Of a stretch of DNA of 58,368 nucleotides, positions 13,201 through 25,896 are shown piece after piece; position 1 is the first letter of the stretch; the number at the start of each line of letters is the position of its first letter. The stretch covers positions 427,545 to 485,912 of the forward strand of contig WELB01000028.1 of NCBI GenBank assembly GCA_009602725.1. The letters are read 5' to 3'. Origin of the DNA: Spirogloea muscicola (lineage: Eukaryota). The notes beneath the pieces are model-generated. The model was not told the origin of the DNA. It saw only the letters and a list, made by a program, of their open reading frames with translations, and searched no databases. A program made the translations under genes and the position numbers.

Positions 13201-14619
13201 GCTGCTGGGTAAGCGAGTCTATTTCCAACTAGTGATTTTCTGCAACCTGCCCGCTGACTGAGTCGCCTTTGGTGCTTGTTTGCTTGTCGAGGAGCAGGCT
13301 TGCGGAGAGGAGGAGGAGGAAGGAGTTCATCCTTGAGCGAGGCCTGCTGAGCCCCAGCAAGCGATTGCAGGTGCTGGACCGACGGAGGGGGGCCGGCAAC
13401 GGCATGAGCAAGGAGGCACAGGAGCTCTGGGCCCAGGCCCGCGTGTTCGCAAGGTACCACTCTCAGGCGTCCCATGAAGCGCTGGTCGCTGGCCTGATCG
13501 AGGAGCGTCGCCTGCGGCAGCAGATTGAGGAGCTGCAGGTACCACTGGCTCCTCTCTGAGTGTGGTGGTCACACAAGTGGTCACACATCATCCACTTGGC
13601 ATCAAGATGCCTCACTTTAACAGCCAGTACATAGACTACACTCATCAGCTTGCATCCTCAATGCCGCTGACGTGCCCAAAGACGAGACTGAACCAGATTG
13701 GTCGTTACAAACTGTGGACGCTTTTCCCAGACCTAGTCTGTAAGCCCTTCTTCTATCTTGACTACTCTGGTGCAGGAGCTGAGGGAGGCGGGGTGCCACG
13801 AGCTGGCAGAGGGTGCTGTGTATCTGGCCGAGAAACGACGGCAGGAGGCGGAGACGAGCCTGCGTAGGCAGCGGGAGAGCCCAGCAGCCCACCTCTATGG
13901 CGCAGCCGCTGCGTCTGCGGCAGCGGCGGCGGCAGCAGGGAGGGGCAGCAACCATCGCACCAACCGGCAAGGGGCCAGGGCGGCAGCCGCGGAAGGGGCT
14001 GACCACCACCCAGCCACGACGCTCAGCACCATGGATATCGACAGGTCACGCACTGGCGGGCTCGCCGGTACACCGGCGAGCCTGCTGGACGATACGGCTC
14101 TGGTCAAAATCTCCAAAAGCGACTCTAGGGGGCCGCTCAACCTCGACGGCCACCTCGGCCTCGACCTTCTGTCAGACAAGGCAAGCCGACACGGCCTGAG
14201 CTCGAGCAGGGCATGCTGTGTGCTGCGCGTCAAGCCCTATGGGTGCAGAGAGCTTTTCACAGCATGTGCTGGTAGTCCTCCGGTGTGCCACTGATTGCTG
14301 TGAAGGTCCTTTGCCTGATCTTTCTTTTGTGTCAATGTCACCTTAGGAGCGGCAGCTTTGCGCGACCACGCGCCTGCTCCCAGTGCACTATCTCAAGATG
14401 AAGGAGGTGCTCATGCTGGAGGCGCTGAAGCAGGGCGGCGGTGCACCACTGTCCCGGGCCGACAGTCGAAAGCTGTTCCGTGTCAGCCCCGCGCTGGTGG
14501 ACCGCGTCTACGACTTCCTGTGCTTGCAAAGCTGGATCAGCGGCGACTCCCTGCCAACTGAGGGCGCAGGCATTCAGAGTACCGGCAGCAGCCTGCTCCA
14601 TGGCAGCCCTCTCCGATAG
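10224..14619 (+). CDS. ADA2: Transcriptional adapter ADA2 (SAGA), multi-exon; start lies in or next to the N gap
   Basis: ZZ finger YHCNYCQKDVSGTVRIKCAKCPDFDLCLECFSVG; SANT DWAADEEILLLE/AVEMFGLGNWAEVSEHVGTK; GYNAKRGEFDPEYDNEAE; ERRRRKEFILERGLL; SWIRM LLSDK/ERQLC..HYLKMKE..VDRVYDFL; stop at 14619. Confidence 0.95.
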
Positions 14620-14906
14620 CGTCACACCCCCCCTAGACAATAGGCGCTTATGTGCAATTTATAACAGTTCACTCTTGTGGTAAGCTGTGACGAATGCAAG
14701 CATCACAGCAGGAGCCGAGGCCGTCTGCCGCAGTGCGACTTGGCCGAGCAGGCTGCGCGCATTCTCAGATAGAGCTGGACACTTGCGAGCGTCATTGACA
14801 GACAGTTGAACAGTCACTGACGCTGCAGGCAAAGGCAGGTACAATACAAACAGAACAACTACTTGTCAGCTAAGATGGCCAAGATCAGCACATGGTAACG
14901 CCAAGA

Positions 14907-16328
14907 TCAGAGACGCCGGATACTCTCAATAAGCTGTCCAGGCAAGAGAGCCTCAAGTTGCCGTCTGAAAGATCCGCCAAGGTCATCGTTTGCCCGCGGA
15001 CTCGCAATACAGATCGGCGTGGTGTACACGACAGAGTTGATGTCATCGTCAACCCTGGCCTCAAAGACGCTGCCGAATACATCCCGCAGGCGCTCCTGCG
15101 CCTCAATCCTAGCGGGCTCTGAATGAGGCACAACATTCACGGCCAGCATGCCCTCGGGGTGCAGCACAGCCCGAAGGGCCTGAAGGAAGTCGACCGACAA
15201 CATGTCCTCAGGTGGGGCGCCATACTTGCCGTGGGCGTCACCAGCATCAATGTCCAGGACGATAATGTGGAAGGGCAGCGAGCAGAATGGATGAAGAGCT
15301 TCATTCATCCCTTGCTGGCGGCCTGTGCCAGGCGCAACGGCGTGACCATTCGTGTGAGCACGGCGGCTCTTCTTACCGCCACTCACATTGCGTGTCTGAT
15401 GGCCGCCAGCTTCGGCAGAGCTGGCATCAACCAGGGACGCAACGAAGTGGCGGGCGTCTGCAATTTGGAGGCGCAGGCGGGAGCCCTCGTGCAGCCCAAA
15501 GTGGCGGCGGGCCAGGCGGACGACCACTTTGTCCAGCTCCACGACCTGGGGCGAAGGCGGGAGGAGCGGCCGATGCTGTCAGCGAGCCCCACGCCGCGCC
15601 GAAACAATCATGCCAAGCAAGCAACGATGCACAGCTGCAGACGGGCTGCGACGCTGATCCTACTGGGGGCCAGCCCAACTGACCTGGATGTGAAACGATG
15701 GAAAGTGCCGGTGCACGAACGCAGGCAGTGCGCCGGCGCCGCCGCCGAGGACGAGCAAGCGGGGTGGCGTGCCGCTGGCAGCCGCCGCCTCCAGCAGTGG
15801 AGCCACCAGCACGAAGCCCGCCATGACCGCCGGAAGGTACTTGTGGACCAGCCGACTGGGGTCGATCTCGCGTCGGCGGTCTCGGAGCGGCCGGCCGGCG
15901 TCGGCGAGCGGCGGTCGCCGGAGCGCCACTTCGGACTGGACGAGGTCTGGCATGCGCCGGAAGCGCAGACGGCGTCGGAAGACCGATGGTGCGGCACAGC
16001 CAATGGCTGCAGCCCCCCTACTGCAGCAAGCGGCTTCGTGGGCGCGGAGCTCCACGTCCTCCACCACCATGGCGCCCGTCAGCTCCGACTCGGCCTCCGC
16101 GACGACTGCGCGGTCCAGGACGCCGTCGTCGTAGGTGATGAACGGCACGCCGCTTCGGCCGCCGCCGCCGTTGCCGCCATCGTCAGTTGCGGCAGCGACG
16201 AAGCTCGCACGGGGCGCGAGCGCAAGCACCAGCGGCCCGAGCCGCGCCTGCTCCGCCGCCCCCTCCGCCTCCGAGGCCGGTGGCGGCGGCGGCGGCGCGA
16301 TCCGCGAGACGACGAGCAGCCGCGCGAC
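14907..16328 (-). CDS. METTL13-like (spermidine-synthase-fold) SAM methyltransferase; exons 16328-15684 and 15545-14907, 5' part in gap
   Basis: VPFITYDD..GAMVVEDVEL..FRRRLRFRRMPDLVQSE, LVHKYLPAVMAG, LVLGGGAGALPAF, VVELDKVVVRLARRHFG, IIVLDIDAGD, APP..FL..LHPEGMLAVNVVP. Confidence 0.85.
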
Positions 16329-17443
16329 NNNNNNNNNNNNNNNNNNNNNNNNNNNNNNNNNNNNNNNNNNNNNNNNNNNNNNNNNNNNNNNNNNNNNNNN
16401 NNNNNNNNNNNNNNNNNNNNNNNNNNNNNNNNNNNNNNNNNNNNNNNNNNNNNNNNNNNNNNNNNNNNNNNNNNNNNNNNNNNNNNNNNNNNNNNNNNNN
16501 NNNNNNNNNNNNNNNNNNNNNNNNNNNNNNNNNNNNNNNNNNNNNNNNNNNNNNNNNNNNNNNNNNNNNNNNNNNNNNNNNNNNNNNNNNNNNNNNNNNN
16601 NNNNNNNNNNNNNNNNNNNNNNNNNNNNNNNNNNNNNNNNNNNNNNNNNNNNNNNNNNNNNNNNNNNNNNNNNNNNNNNNNNNNNNNNNNNNNNNNNNNN
16701 NNNNNNNNNNNNNNNNNNNNNNNNNNNNNNNNNNNNNNNNNNNNNNNNNNNNNNNNNNNNNNNNNNNNNNNNNNNNNNNNNNNNNNNNNNNNNNNNNNNN
16801 NNNNNNNNNNNNNNNNNNNNNNNNNNNNNNNNNNNNNNNNNNNNNNNNNNNNNNNNNNNNNNNNNNNNNNNNNNNNNNNNACGCCCACGTCGCTGCCCGC
16901 CGCCGCCGCCCTTGCAGCGGCGCGGAGCGGCGTGGCGCTCGGCGGCGGCGTCGTGCCGGCGCTCGCGCACCTGGCCTTCGCCTTCACAGGTGCCGCGCCC
17001 ACATCCAGCAGCGCCGCCGCCATTGCCGTTCTGCGCAGCCGCAGCCAGACGGCCTCTACCTCTCCTCCTCCATCACTTAGCGGCGCAGGAGCCGCCGCCT
17101 CCGCCGCCGGCAAGGCCCTGACCCCCTGCGCCACCGCCGCCGGCTTGTCTCGTGGCCGCGGCCGCCGCTCTTCCTGGAGGGCAGAGCAGCTGGCTCGGGA
17201 CCTAGAGGCCTTCGCCGGCCACGCCAATCGCCGATCCGCCAACAGCAGCGACGTTCTGCTTGCCGGTGAGCCCGCGCCGCCACTGCTGGAGCTTCGCGCT
17301 GCACGCGTGTCCCCCATGGTCGGCGGCTACAGCTGGCGGCGTTGTTTATGGCATGTCTGGCCAGCAGCAGCCGTGTGCTGCTAGCAGCTCAGCGCTCGCA
17401 GCCCGGAGGCGGGCTGCTCTCCTGACATGGCTGCCCACTTATC

Positions 17444-19889
17444 TCAGCGAGGCGCAACGAGAGCGTGCTGGCCCACTTGCGGCAGCTCGTGGTCACGGCC
17501 AACGCCTGTGGCCTTGGTGGCCCATCCCTCAAGCGCAGGAAGACCGTGGCCGCTAGCAGGGGCCAGAGGCTGATGCCTTCCAGCTGAATGTTGATGCCAT
17601 TCAGCCACTCGTTGGACATGCATTACCCAGCCAGTAGCCACTGGCCACAAGCCTGGCTGCTCATCACGGCCTGCTTCGCACAGGGATGCCTGTGCCGACT
17701 CGGCACGCAGCCACTGTCTGTGGCCCAGCCTGCCAAGATTGACGGCCAATGACCATGGTAGCATGAGGGCGCCCAACACAGCACCCAGCCCACAACAATT
17801 GCAGCTGCTTCCACCCACAACGGCAGCTCAGAGCTCTGCACAACAAGATGTTGCCAAAAGCCAGTCTCTGGAAGGTCCGGTAACTTGACCGCAGCTCAGC
17901 TTGCCAATTGAGCTCGTCTTGACAGACGGCGCCCGATTGGAGCAGCTTTGAGAAAAGCTGCAGCATCTGGCCACCAGTCCAGTCAGGCAGGCCAACCCTC
18001 ATGAGTGCCGGCGTAGTGGTCAGCAGTGGCAGCTGCGCAATGTTCAGCCAGAGACGCCGCAAGCCGGCGCTGCTCCCAACAAGCCCCTCGGAAGATGGCA
18101 CGTGAGGCTGGGAGGTCGTCCTGCACGAGCAGCGCCCTGCGAAACGACCACACGAGGTGACCCCTCCCTCAGTGCTACTTCTCATAGCAGCCTGGTGCAT
18201 TGAGGACGAAGTGAGGAGCGCAGGTCCAAGTGGGCAGGCAGCTCTGGGTGGGGAGGAGGCGTGGAAGAGGGTGGGGGGGGGGGGGTTTTGGAAGGAGGGG
18301 GCTGCCGCGAACCAGGCATCCTGCAGCTGTTCGGGCATCATGCGTTCCCGCTGTACAGGTGTGGGCTTGGGCTCCGCCAACAGCGCCTCCACTGCATCCC
18401 AACGCACGTCACGCCCTGCTGCCCGCCACCGCTCAACTCGTAGCATCTGCTCGCCTGTCAGCTGCGCCACGCGCAATAGCAGGGAAGAAATCAGCTCTGC
18501 CGCTGAGGAGAGCTGCCAATTATGCCAAGCGTTAGCGTAACTGCAGCGGAGCGCCTGCAACTGACCGACACGCAGCGCATGGGGATGTCGCCAGGCAGGC
18601 TTCCGGCTAGCATGGAGCCCGAACCATCCGCAGCGACGGCACTGACGGCGGCTGCCTCTGCAGCCTTCCGCCGCTTCAGCCGCCACCTATGCGACCAGGT
18701 AAGATGACAACGTGCACAGAGCTGTAGACATTGCCACCATCGTCACCCTGTAAGTGCCGCAACGGCAAAGAGGGGACAGGGAGGACGTCTTGAGCGGGTT
18801 GCAACCTCAGGTAGAGTTCGGCAGCATCTGCCAAGCGCTCGGCACCCGGGCTTAGGCCGGCAGAGGCCTCCCACACTGCCAGCGACCGCTCCCACGACAG
18901 CTCGGAAGGATCCGTGGCATGGACAGCGGCGGGCGGCTGCCTGCTGTCACCGGGAACTGCTGCAACAGCCAGCGCCCCGCCACCATCGTCACTGCAGACA
19001 AAGTGGCTCAGCAAGTCATGAACGCGATGCTGGAGGCTCATAGCCAAGTAACAAGTCTGACCAATTGGGGTCCATGGGCGCCAAGAGCCCCAGCATGTTG
19101 ATACCGACAAGAGGCAGCGCCTCAAGTGGAGGGGGGGCGTTGAGGCTGCCGACATGCGGAGCTGACATACTGGGCAAGGCTGGACTCGTGCTCCTGCTGC
19201 ACCTCGGGGGCGCTTGAAATGTCCGAGGCGCCAATCTGCCTGACGCCAGAAGCAGCCCCAAATTGGAACTGTCAGCAGTCGCGGGTGACAGTGAGCAATG
19301 ACAGCGCGCGGCGCAGCTTGTCGAGCCATTTGCGAGCACTGCGGCGGCCTTGATGGAGGAAGAAGCGCGTGCCTGGCTTGGAAGCGGGCAATCTCGGCGG
19401 CAAAGAGGCGGCGCTGGCGGGCGGCATGGCGCCGCAGCTGCACGACCGCAAGCGGCGTCTGCTCGCCGCGGCAGACGGATGCGCCCCTGCACTCCAGCGC
19501 AGCGGAGGCGCTCCTCCTTTGGCGGCCATGAGGCGTCTGAGGTGTGAGCTCGCTGGCTTGAGGTGGCAGCGGTCGGGGGCCTGCGGCGGCGGTGAGTGGT
19601 CGTCACCAGGAGAGGAGCTGGTTGCCGAAGTGCAGATTGCTGCCACGCAGCAGCGCCGCGACAGCAGCGTCGGCTTCGGCGTCGGTGGCGCAGGCGGCGG
19701 GCGGGAGGTGCGCCACCAGGCTCGCGCGCTCGGCCGCGCTCAGGCAGCGCCGCCAAGTCTGCGCAGCAGGCGCGGAGGCGGCGCCAGAAGGAGCTGCTGA
19801 GGACGAGGGTGATGGCGGCGGCGTCAACAAAGTCGGCGGCGGCGGCGTCGTCGAAGGCGGCAGCGGCAGCGGCGGGGGCGGCGGCGGCG
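17444..19889 (-). CDS. NFRKB-related DEUBAD-domain protein (INO80-associated type); only two exons firm, both ends uncertain
   Basis: Exons 19758-19607 and 19486-19373 join to TWRRCLSAAERASLVAHLP..AVAALLRGSNLHFGNQLLSWGASVCRG, matching the plant NFRKB-like pattern W..CLS..ER..L..LP..LL.G.NFHFGNP...WG..VC.G. Confidence 0.65.
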
Positions 19890-20354
19890 NNNNNNNNNNN
19901 NNNNNNNNNNNNNNNNNNNNNNNNNNNNNNNNNNNNNNNNNNNNNNNNNNNNNNNNNNNNNNNNNNNNNNNNNNNNNNNNNNNNNNNNNNNNNNNNNNNN
20001 NNNNNNNNNNNNNNNNNNNNNNNNNNNNNNNNNNNNNNNNNNNNNNNNNNNNNNNNNNNNNNNNNNNNNNNNNNNNNNNNNNNNNNNNNNNNNNNNNNNN
20101 NNNNNNNNNNNNNNNNNNNNNNNNNNNNNNNNNNNNNNNNNNNNNNNNNNNNNNNNNNNNNNNNNNNNNNNNNNNNNNNNNNNNNNNNNNNNNNNNNNNN
20201 NNNNNNNNNNNNNNNNNNNNNNNNNNNNNNNNNNNNNNNNNNNNNNNNNNNNNNNNNNNNNNNNNNNNNNNNNNNNNNNNNNNNNNNNNNNNNNNNNNNN
20301 NNNNNNNNNNNNNNNNNNNNNNNNNNNNNNNNNNNNNNNNNNNNNNNNNNNNNN

Positions 20355-20480
<126 letters not shown>

Positions 20481-20501
20481 AGGCGGCCGCCCCGCGCCGC
20501 C

Positions 20502-23500
20502 ATGGCGGGCTGCGGGCGCGACGCCTGGCAGGGCTCGCGCGTCGACGAGGACCTCGACGCCGCGTACCCGCTCCGCGACACCGTGGCGCACGCGCCGCCA
20601 TCGCGCTTCCGCCCGCGGGTAAGGCCATCGCACACCCGCGCCGCCTGCCTTTCCCTGCCTTTCCTGGCGCCGCCGCCGCCGCCAGCCCTGATTCCGCCAC
20701 AACGGCGTCGTCGTGCTTGCCAGGCGAAGAAGCGCCTCCAGGCGCGGCAGTGGCGTGGCGCCTTCGGCGGCGAAGGCCGCCTCGTGCGCCTGCAGCGCGT
20801 CGTCTCCGCCATCCCGCGCGGGGTGCCCTCCCTCACCTCCCCATTTACAGCCGCTCTTCAACTAATTATAGCATACATACAAAATAAGATCCTACATATA
20901 TATATATACACATATATATATAGCAGCCGCATTGTCCAATTTACAGACCTCCGCGCCCTTGCTCGCTATGTCTTGTGATGTTTACGGATGTTTTGTACGT
21001 TTTGGAAGCCGATCAACCGCTGGCTAACCATATGGCCAGGCCCAGCGGCCTTTCGCGTCGCCCAGCGTATGCTGCCTGCATTGCATCGCCCATTTCAAGG
21101 AGACACAATGCCAATCATTGCAGCAGCGTCTGACGCACAAACGAATTGGCCTCCGCTGCCAACCCCCACGGCTGCTGCTAGGGTGTGGAGCCTGCAGTGC
21201 GTGCCGACGTGTGGGAATTCCTGCTCGGGTGCTTCTCGCCAACCTCCTCGGCTGCCGAGCGCCTGGAGCTCCGACACCGCCGCCAGTGAGCGCCGCTGTC
21301 GCCGCTGCCATTGCCGCCTTTGCTCTTACAACAAATTGTCCTTGCTGCAGGTATTGAGTGCTGCTCTTGCCAGAGCCAGCGACCATGAATTTGTCACTTG
21401 CGCTGTTGCTCCAGGGAGTCCTACGCCGAGCTCAAGCGGCGGTGCTGGGAAATGGACCCGGCCGTCGGCAGCGGCGAGGTGGTGACTGACCCCCGGCCCA
21501 TCTGGGGCCACACGGCGGCGGTGGCGGAGGTGACGGCGACCAAGTTGGCCCCATTGAGACCGGCCGATGCTGCAGCAGTGGCAAGTGGAGATGACGCAGC
21601 CACCGTTGCCGCCAGTACGAGCCCCGACGCTGGTCAACTTGCTGGCGACGAGCCGCTCGTTGAGCCGGCCAGAAGCTTGGAGGGCCCCGCTGCTGAGGGC
21701 GTTGCCGGCGTTGCCGAGCTCCACGAGATGACGCAGGACAACAGTGACCGCGCCGTCGTCATGGCTCCCCTGGCCAATGGCACTGCGAGGCCTGTCGACC
21801 AGGGCGACTTGAGCAGCGGCGGTGCCGCTGCGAGGGACGCGGCGACACTACCGTCGCCAAGGGGGGGCAGCGTGGAGCCACCTGACCACGAGCTCGGCCA
21901 GCAGGATGGGATGAGCGAGAGCATGCGGCGCGCGGGGCCCGGCACCTCCTCCACTGAGCGCGTCACGCGATGGCGCTGGACGCTCCACCAGATTGGTCCG
22001 TCTCGATCACTCTGCAAGCGCTGCAGCGGCATCGGCCTTCATACACATTTTGGTTCTGAGGCAGCCCAGCCGTGCCCCTGCAGGCCTGGACGTGATGCGC
22101 ACGGACCGGGTGCTGGAATTCTACGAAGTGGCGGAGCACCGTGCGCGCTTGTGGGACATCCTCGCCGTCTACTCCTGGCTCGACCCCGAGGTCGGCTACT
22201 GCCAGGGTGAGGCTGGCGCTCTTCTGGTGCCAGCTATTGGCATTCTAGTCTGCCTGCAGGCCGTTTTGAGCGTACTCCCTCCTTCAACAGCCAGCCTCAG
22301 AACCGCCTCATGACCAGTGATGAGCGTCGGCCACTGTGGCGGCCCGCGTTCTGATCACGCTGCCACGCCGGGCCGAGCGTTGTGCTGACTGCAGGCATGA
22401 GCGACCTGCTATCTCCCCTGCTTATTGTGTTCCGTAACCGGGAAGAAGCGGACGCCTTCTGGTGCTTCGAGTTTCTGATGCGGCGCCAGGTCGGCCCTCT
22501 GCTACCTGCCCTCTGCTGGAGCTGCTGGCACCATGCTTCGTGCGCCACAACGTGCTGATGCGTCAACCGAGGCGCCTCTGTCGTCTCGCAGCGCGAAAAC
22601 TTCAAGGGCGACCGGCGAGGTCTGGGCGTCCAGTGCCAGCTTGACGGCGTGGGACGTGTCATCAGCGCGCTGAACCCCAAGCTCCACAATCACCTTGGTA
22701 GCAACTCAACTCTGGGCCTCCCAGTCCAGTGGTGCCCTGCTGCGGCATGTATGCCCTCCCTGGTCTTCCCAGTCTCTTGCTGCAGACGGCAGGCACAGGG
22801 CTTGACTCCTGCCCAGCCCTGTGTCCCGCTCGTGTGGCACTGCAGCGGAGCTTGGCGGCAGCTCCTACTTCTTCACGTTCCGGATGCTCATGGTCCGCTT
22901 CCGCCGCGAGTTCAGCTTCGCCGACATCCTGTACCTGTGGGAGGTGTGCGCCGACGCTTATTGTTTGCCATCCAGGTGCTGCATCTGTTCATCATTGGTG
23001 CACTGTTTGTGGTTCGGTGTTGGCAGGATCTTGGAGATGGAGTCCAGTAAAGCGAGCAGCGGCTGTGGTTGTTCTTCAAATCACTTGCACTTGTTGCAAA
23101 TGAAACGTTGCAGATGCTCTGGGCGCTGGAGTATGACTCGCAGGAGGCCGCCAGGCAGGCCTACATCGAGCGAGTGCCGTTGGAGAGGCGCCCCAAGGGC
23201 AGTGGGCGATTGCTGACGCCGGCCGCCATAGCCAGCCCACCAACCACTGCCACAGACGCAGCTACGCTGCGAAGCGCCCGCGTACTCGGCAAGTACCGGC
23301 AGCAGCAGCTGCTGCTTGGCGGCGGGGCAGCGGCCCCGCAGCTGGGCAGCAAGGAGGCGCGTGCGCAGGAGCTGGTCGTCTTCTGCGTCGCTGCGCTGGT
23401 CCTCCGGGCTGGCCGCCTGCTTGGCCAGGCGGCGGGCCTTGACGAGGTCGTCAAGGTGCGCAGTTGGGGGTACGGTGCTGGCTGTGTCAGGTTGCTTGCA

Positions 23501-23684
23501 TGTTACAGCCCCACCATTTGTGCCGGCCAAGCCTGATGAAGCATCGGTGCCTCCTATGAGAGTGCAGCAAGTCAACGATATGACCGGCCACCTGGACGTC
23601 AAACTTCTCTGCAAGCGAGCCCTCGCTACCCACAAGCGTTACCTCTACAAGGTAGTCCAAGCTGCCTCGCACTTTACGGGATGA
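20502..23684 (+). CDS. TBC-domain Rab GTPase-activating protein (plant Gyp1/Gyp7-like), multi-exon
   Basis: RGGVEPAVRADVWEFLLGC, WTLHQIG/LDVMRTDR (Arg finger), ILAVYSWLDPEVGYCQG/MSDLLSP (Gln finger), EADAFWCFEFLMRR, YFFTFRMLMVRFRREFSF..LYLWE, NDMTGHLDV. Confidence 0.93.
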
Positions 23685-24519
23685 CTCTTCTGCCTGCTCT
23701 GCTGGCCAGTGAGCGTCCATGTATGCTTGTTCATATTTCAACGAGGATGCCCAGATAACCCTTTGGCAGTGTTGCTTTTTGCGGTGCCAGACAGGTGGAT
23801 TTAGGTGATGTCTGGCAGCATCAAGGAGCAGGGCAAATTTCGCCAAGGCATTCGTCCCTGGCTTTGGTCTGACAGGGGCCTAGTCCTGAGTCCATATTGC
23901 AGTCTGCTTACGTCCGCAAAGTAGCAGCTGTGAATAGGTGCTGCTTGCATGCACCACATTCTATCCCCATGTGCCATGCTAGCAGCCAGGCAGCATACTT
24001 GAATCAGCCGTTTGTGGCAAACAGGATGTCGCTTGCCTTTCCAGCGCATTGCACTTGCTGACGAGTGCCTTGGGTGGCTTACTGCTGCTGATCTTGCTTC
24101 TGCTGCCTAAGGATGTTGTTGAGGATGCAGGTCGTAGAAGCCTTGGCATGCAGTCAACACCGAACTTTTGAATTATTGTTACTTTCTGCTTCGAATCAAC
24201 TTCACCGCAGCAGTTTAGAATTGGTATTGTTGCACGCAATACATTGCCTATCTCGTCTCTATTTAGTGTATTTTTGGAAGTGTCTCAAGGTTCTGCAGAC
24301 AGGGCAAGCTTGTGGAGTATTACTAGCTGTATGAAGAAGCCCGCAATTATGTAAGCATATGCTACCTGTTGTGTGGCCCTCATATCATGCTTCGTGAGGG
24401 TTGGCACTCGAAGCAAGTGAAGAAATAAAGCATGACCGTCTATTATTGCTCGAAGACGGCAGCAAGAAAGAGGGCTTAGACAGTGAAGACGAGCAAATAC
24501 CACGACGCTGAGTAGCCTC

Positions 24520-25110
24520 ATGTGGAAGCAAGCGCGGCCAGATTAACTGGTGGCTGGGAGAGGCCAGCCCAAAACAACGGACACATGTTGCTCATGTGGG
24601 CATGAGCAACAACAGACAGGTCGAAACGACCAGTGATACCACAGGAGTGAAACGAGCTAAGGATATACAGTAGTGAAGCCATGGCTAATCACAGCCTTCG
24701 CCCCTTACTGGAAGAGTATCTTCTCTGCGAAAGGTCAGCCCTGACTTCTTACAAGAAGGAAGACTCTTCCAGTAGAGGGCGAGGTCTTGCAAGGTCTGAA
24801 AGAAAAAGAAAGAGAAAAGGCCGGAGCAAAGAAGAAAGACTCTTCCAGTAGAGGCGATAGCCAAAATAGTGTAACTCAACTGGACAAAGAGGGAAGGGCT
24901 CGCTCATTGAGGATAGGGGCTGGAAAAGCCAGCCCAAAATGAATGAACAAAGTACGCGAAGGGGGCCAGGGAAGCGCTAAGAAAGACAAGCACAACAAGG
25001 AACAAAGCAGCTACGTATTACTCGGTAACCCCTGGTAAGCAGCCTCAGGTCAGTGAAGCTAGGCTCCTGGAAGTGGGTCCCCTGGCCAGAGCCAGAGGCA
25101 GAGGCAGAGG
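24520..25110. mobile_element. Cluster of CRE-like 3' tails in both orientations
   Basis: Inverted subfamily C tail (24528-24575), paired tails (24690-24860), inverted stem-loop tail (24890-24945), and a - strand ORF end FTDLRLLTRGY near 25020-25100. Confidence 0.6.
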
Positions 25111-25351
25111 CAACGAACAACCCTAGATGGGGAGGAGACAAGTGGAGACGATCTGGAAGGAGAGGTGCTCATTAGTCGCACGATCTGCCGATCTCACGGC
25201 CAGAAACGCCGTCCTTGCGGAAACCCCCCGGACCAACTCCCCAAACCCCTGGGCACTGGATGGGGTTTAAGAATTTTAAGGAGCCGCATACCAGAACCCT
25301 TGACTCTGCGTCCTGCTCCCGGCTGGCCCGCCGCATTCCCCGGCGCCTCCC

Positions 25352-25353
<2 letters not shown>

Positions 25354-25390
<37 letters not shown>
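25354..25390 (+). repeat. (GGC)n microsatellite directly before the RPP3 start codon
   Basis: Uninterrupted ggc run ending at the ATG at 25391. Confidence 0.9.
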
Positions 25391-25391
<1 letters not shown>

Positions 25392-25896
25392 TGGGCGTGT
25401 TCCAGTTCGTGTGCCGCGAGGAGGACGGGCAGTGGACGGCGAAGCGGCACGGCGGTGAGGAGGGCGCGGAGGAGCTGACGGCAGAGGCGGACTCCACGTT
25501 CGGCCTCGGGCGCAAGCTCGTGGGCCTGGCCGTCGCCAACTCCCCCGGCGGCGGCGGCGTCTCCTCCTTCTTCTCCCTCGTCACGCCCTCCTCCGGCGTC
25601 TACGAGGTCCGCCGCCTTTGCCGCCGCCGCGGCAGCCGCTGCTGCTTCCTGGGTCTGCATTGGCAATCGCCATTGTGGAAGCCGGGGCTGTTGTGAGCAC
25701 CGTTTCGGCGGTCGGGGTTGCGCGGCGGCACGTCAGGTGATTGTCGGGGGCGGCGGCGGCTTCGGCGGCGGCNGGCGGCGCAGCGGCCGGCAGCGGCGGC
25801 GGCGGCGGGGCCGCAGCGGAGGAGGAGAAGGAGGAGGAGAAGGAGGAGGAGAAGGAGGAGAGCGACGACGACATGGGCTTCTCGCTCTTCGACTAG
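25391..25896 (+). CDS. RPP3: 60S acidic ribosomal protein P3; exons 25391-25606 and 25737-25896
   Basis: MGVFQFVC..GQWTAK..GGVSSFFSLVTPSSGVYE|VIVGGG is the plant P3 N-domain. Acidic tail EEEKEESDDDMGFSLFD*. The frame change coincides with the n at 25773. Confidence 0.92.

Noticed and set aside
15123..17384. Long plus-strand ORFs, and similar antisense ORFs over minD and the GRAS genes
   Set aside because: Shadow frames of GC-rich coding DNA, some extended by N gaps.
23530..23545. ctgatga hammerhead-like core (also at 8804, 37260, 49504)
   Set aside because: No matching stems or GAAA/GUH partner found; several lie in coding or element sequence.
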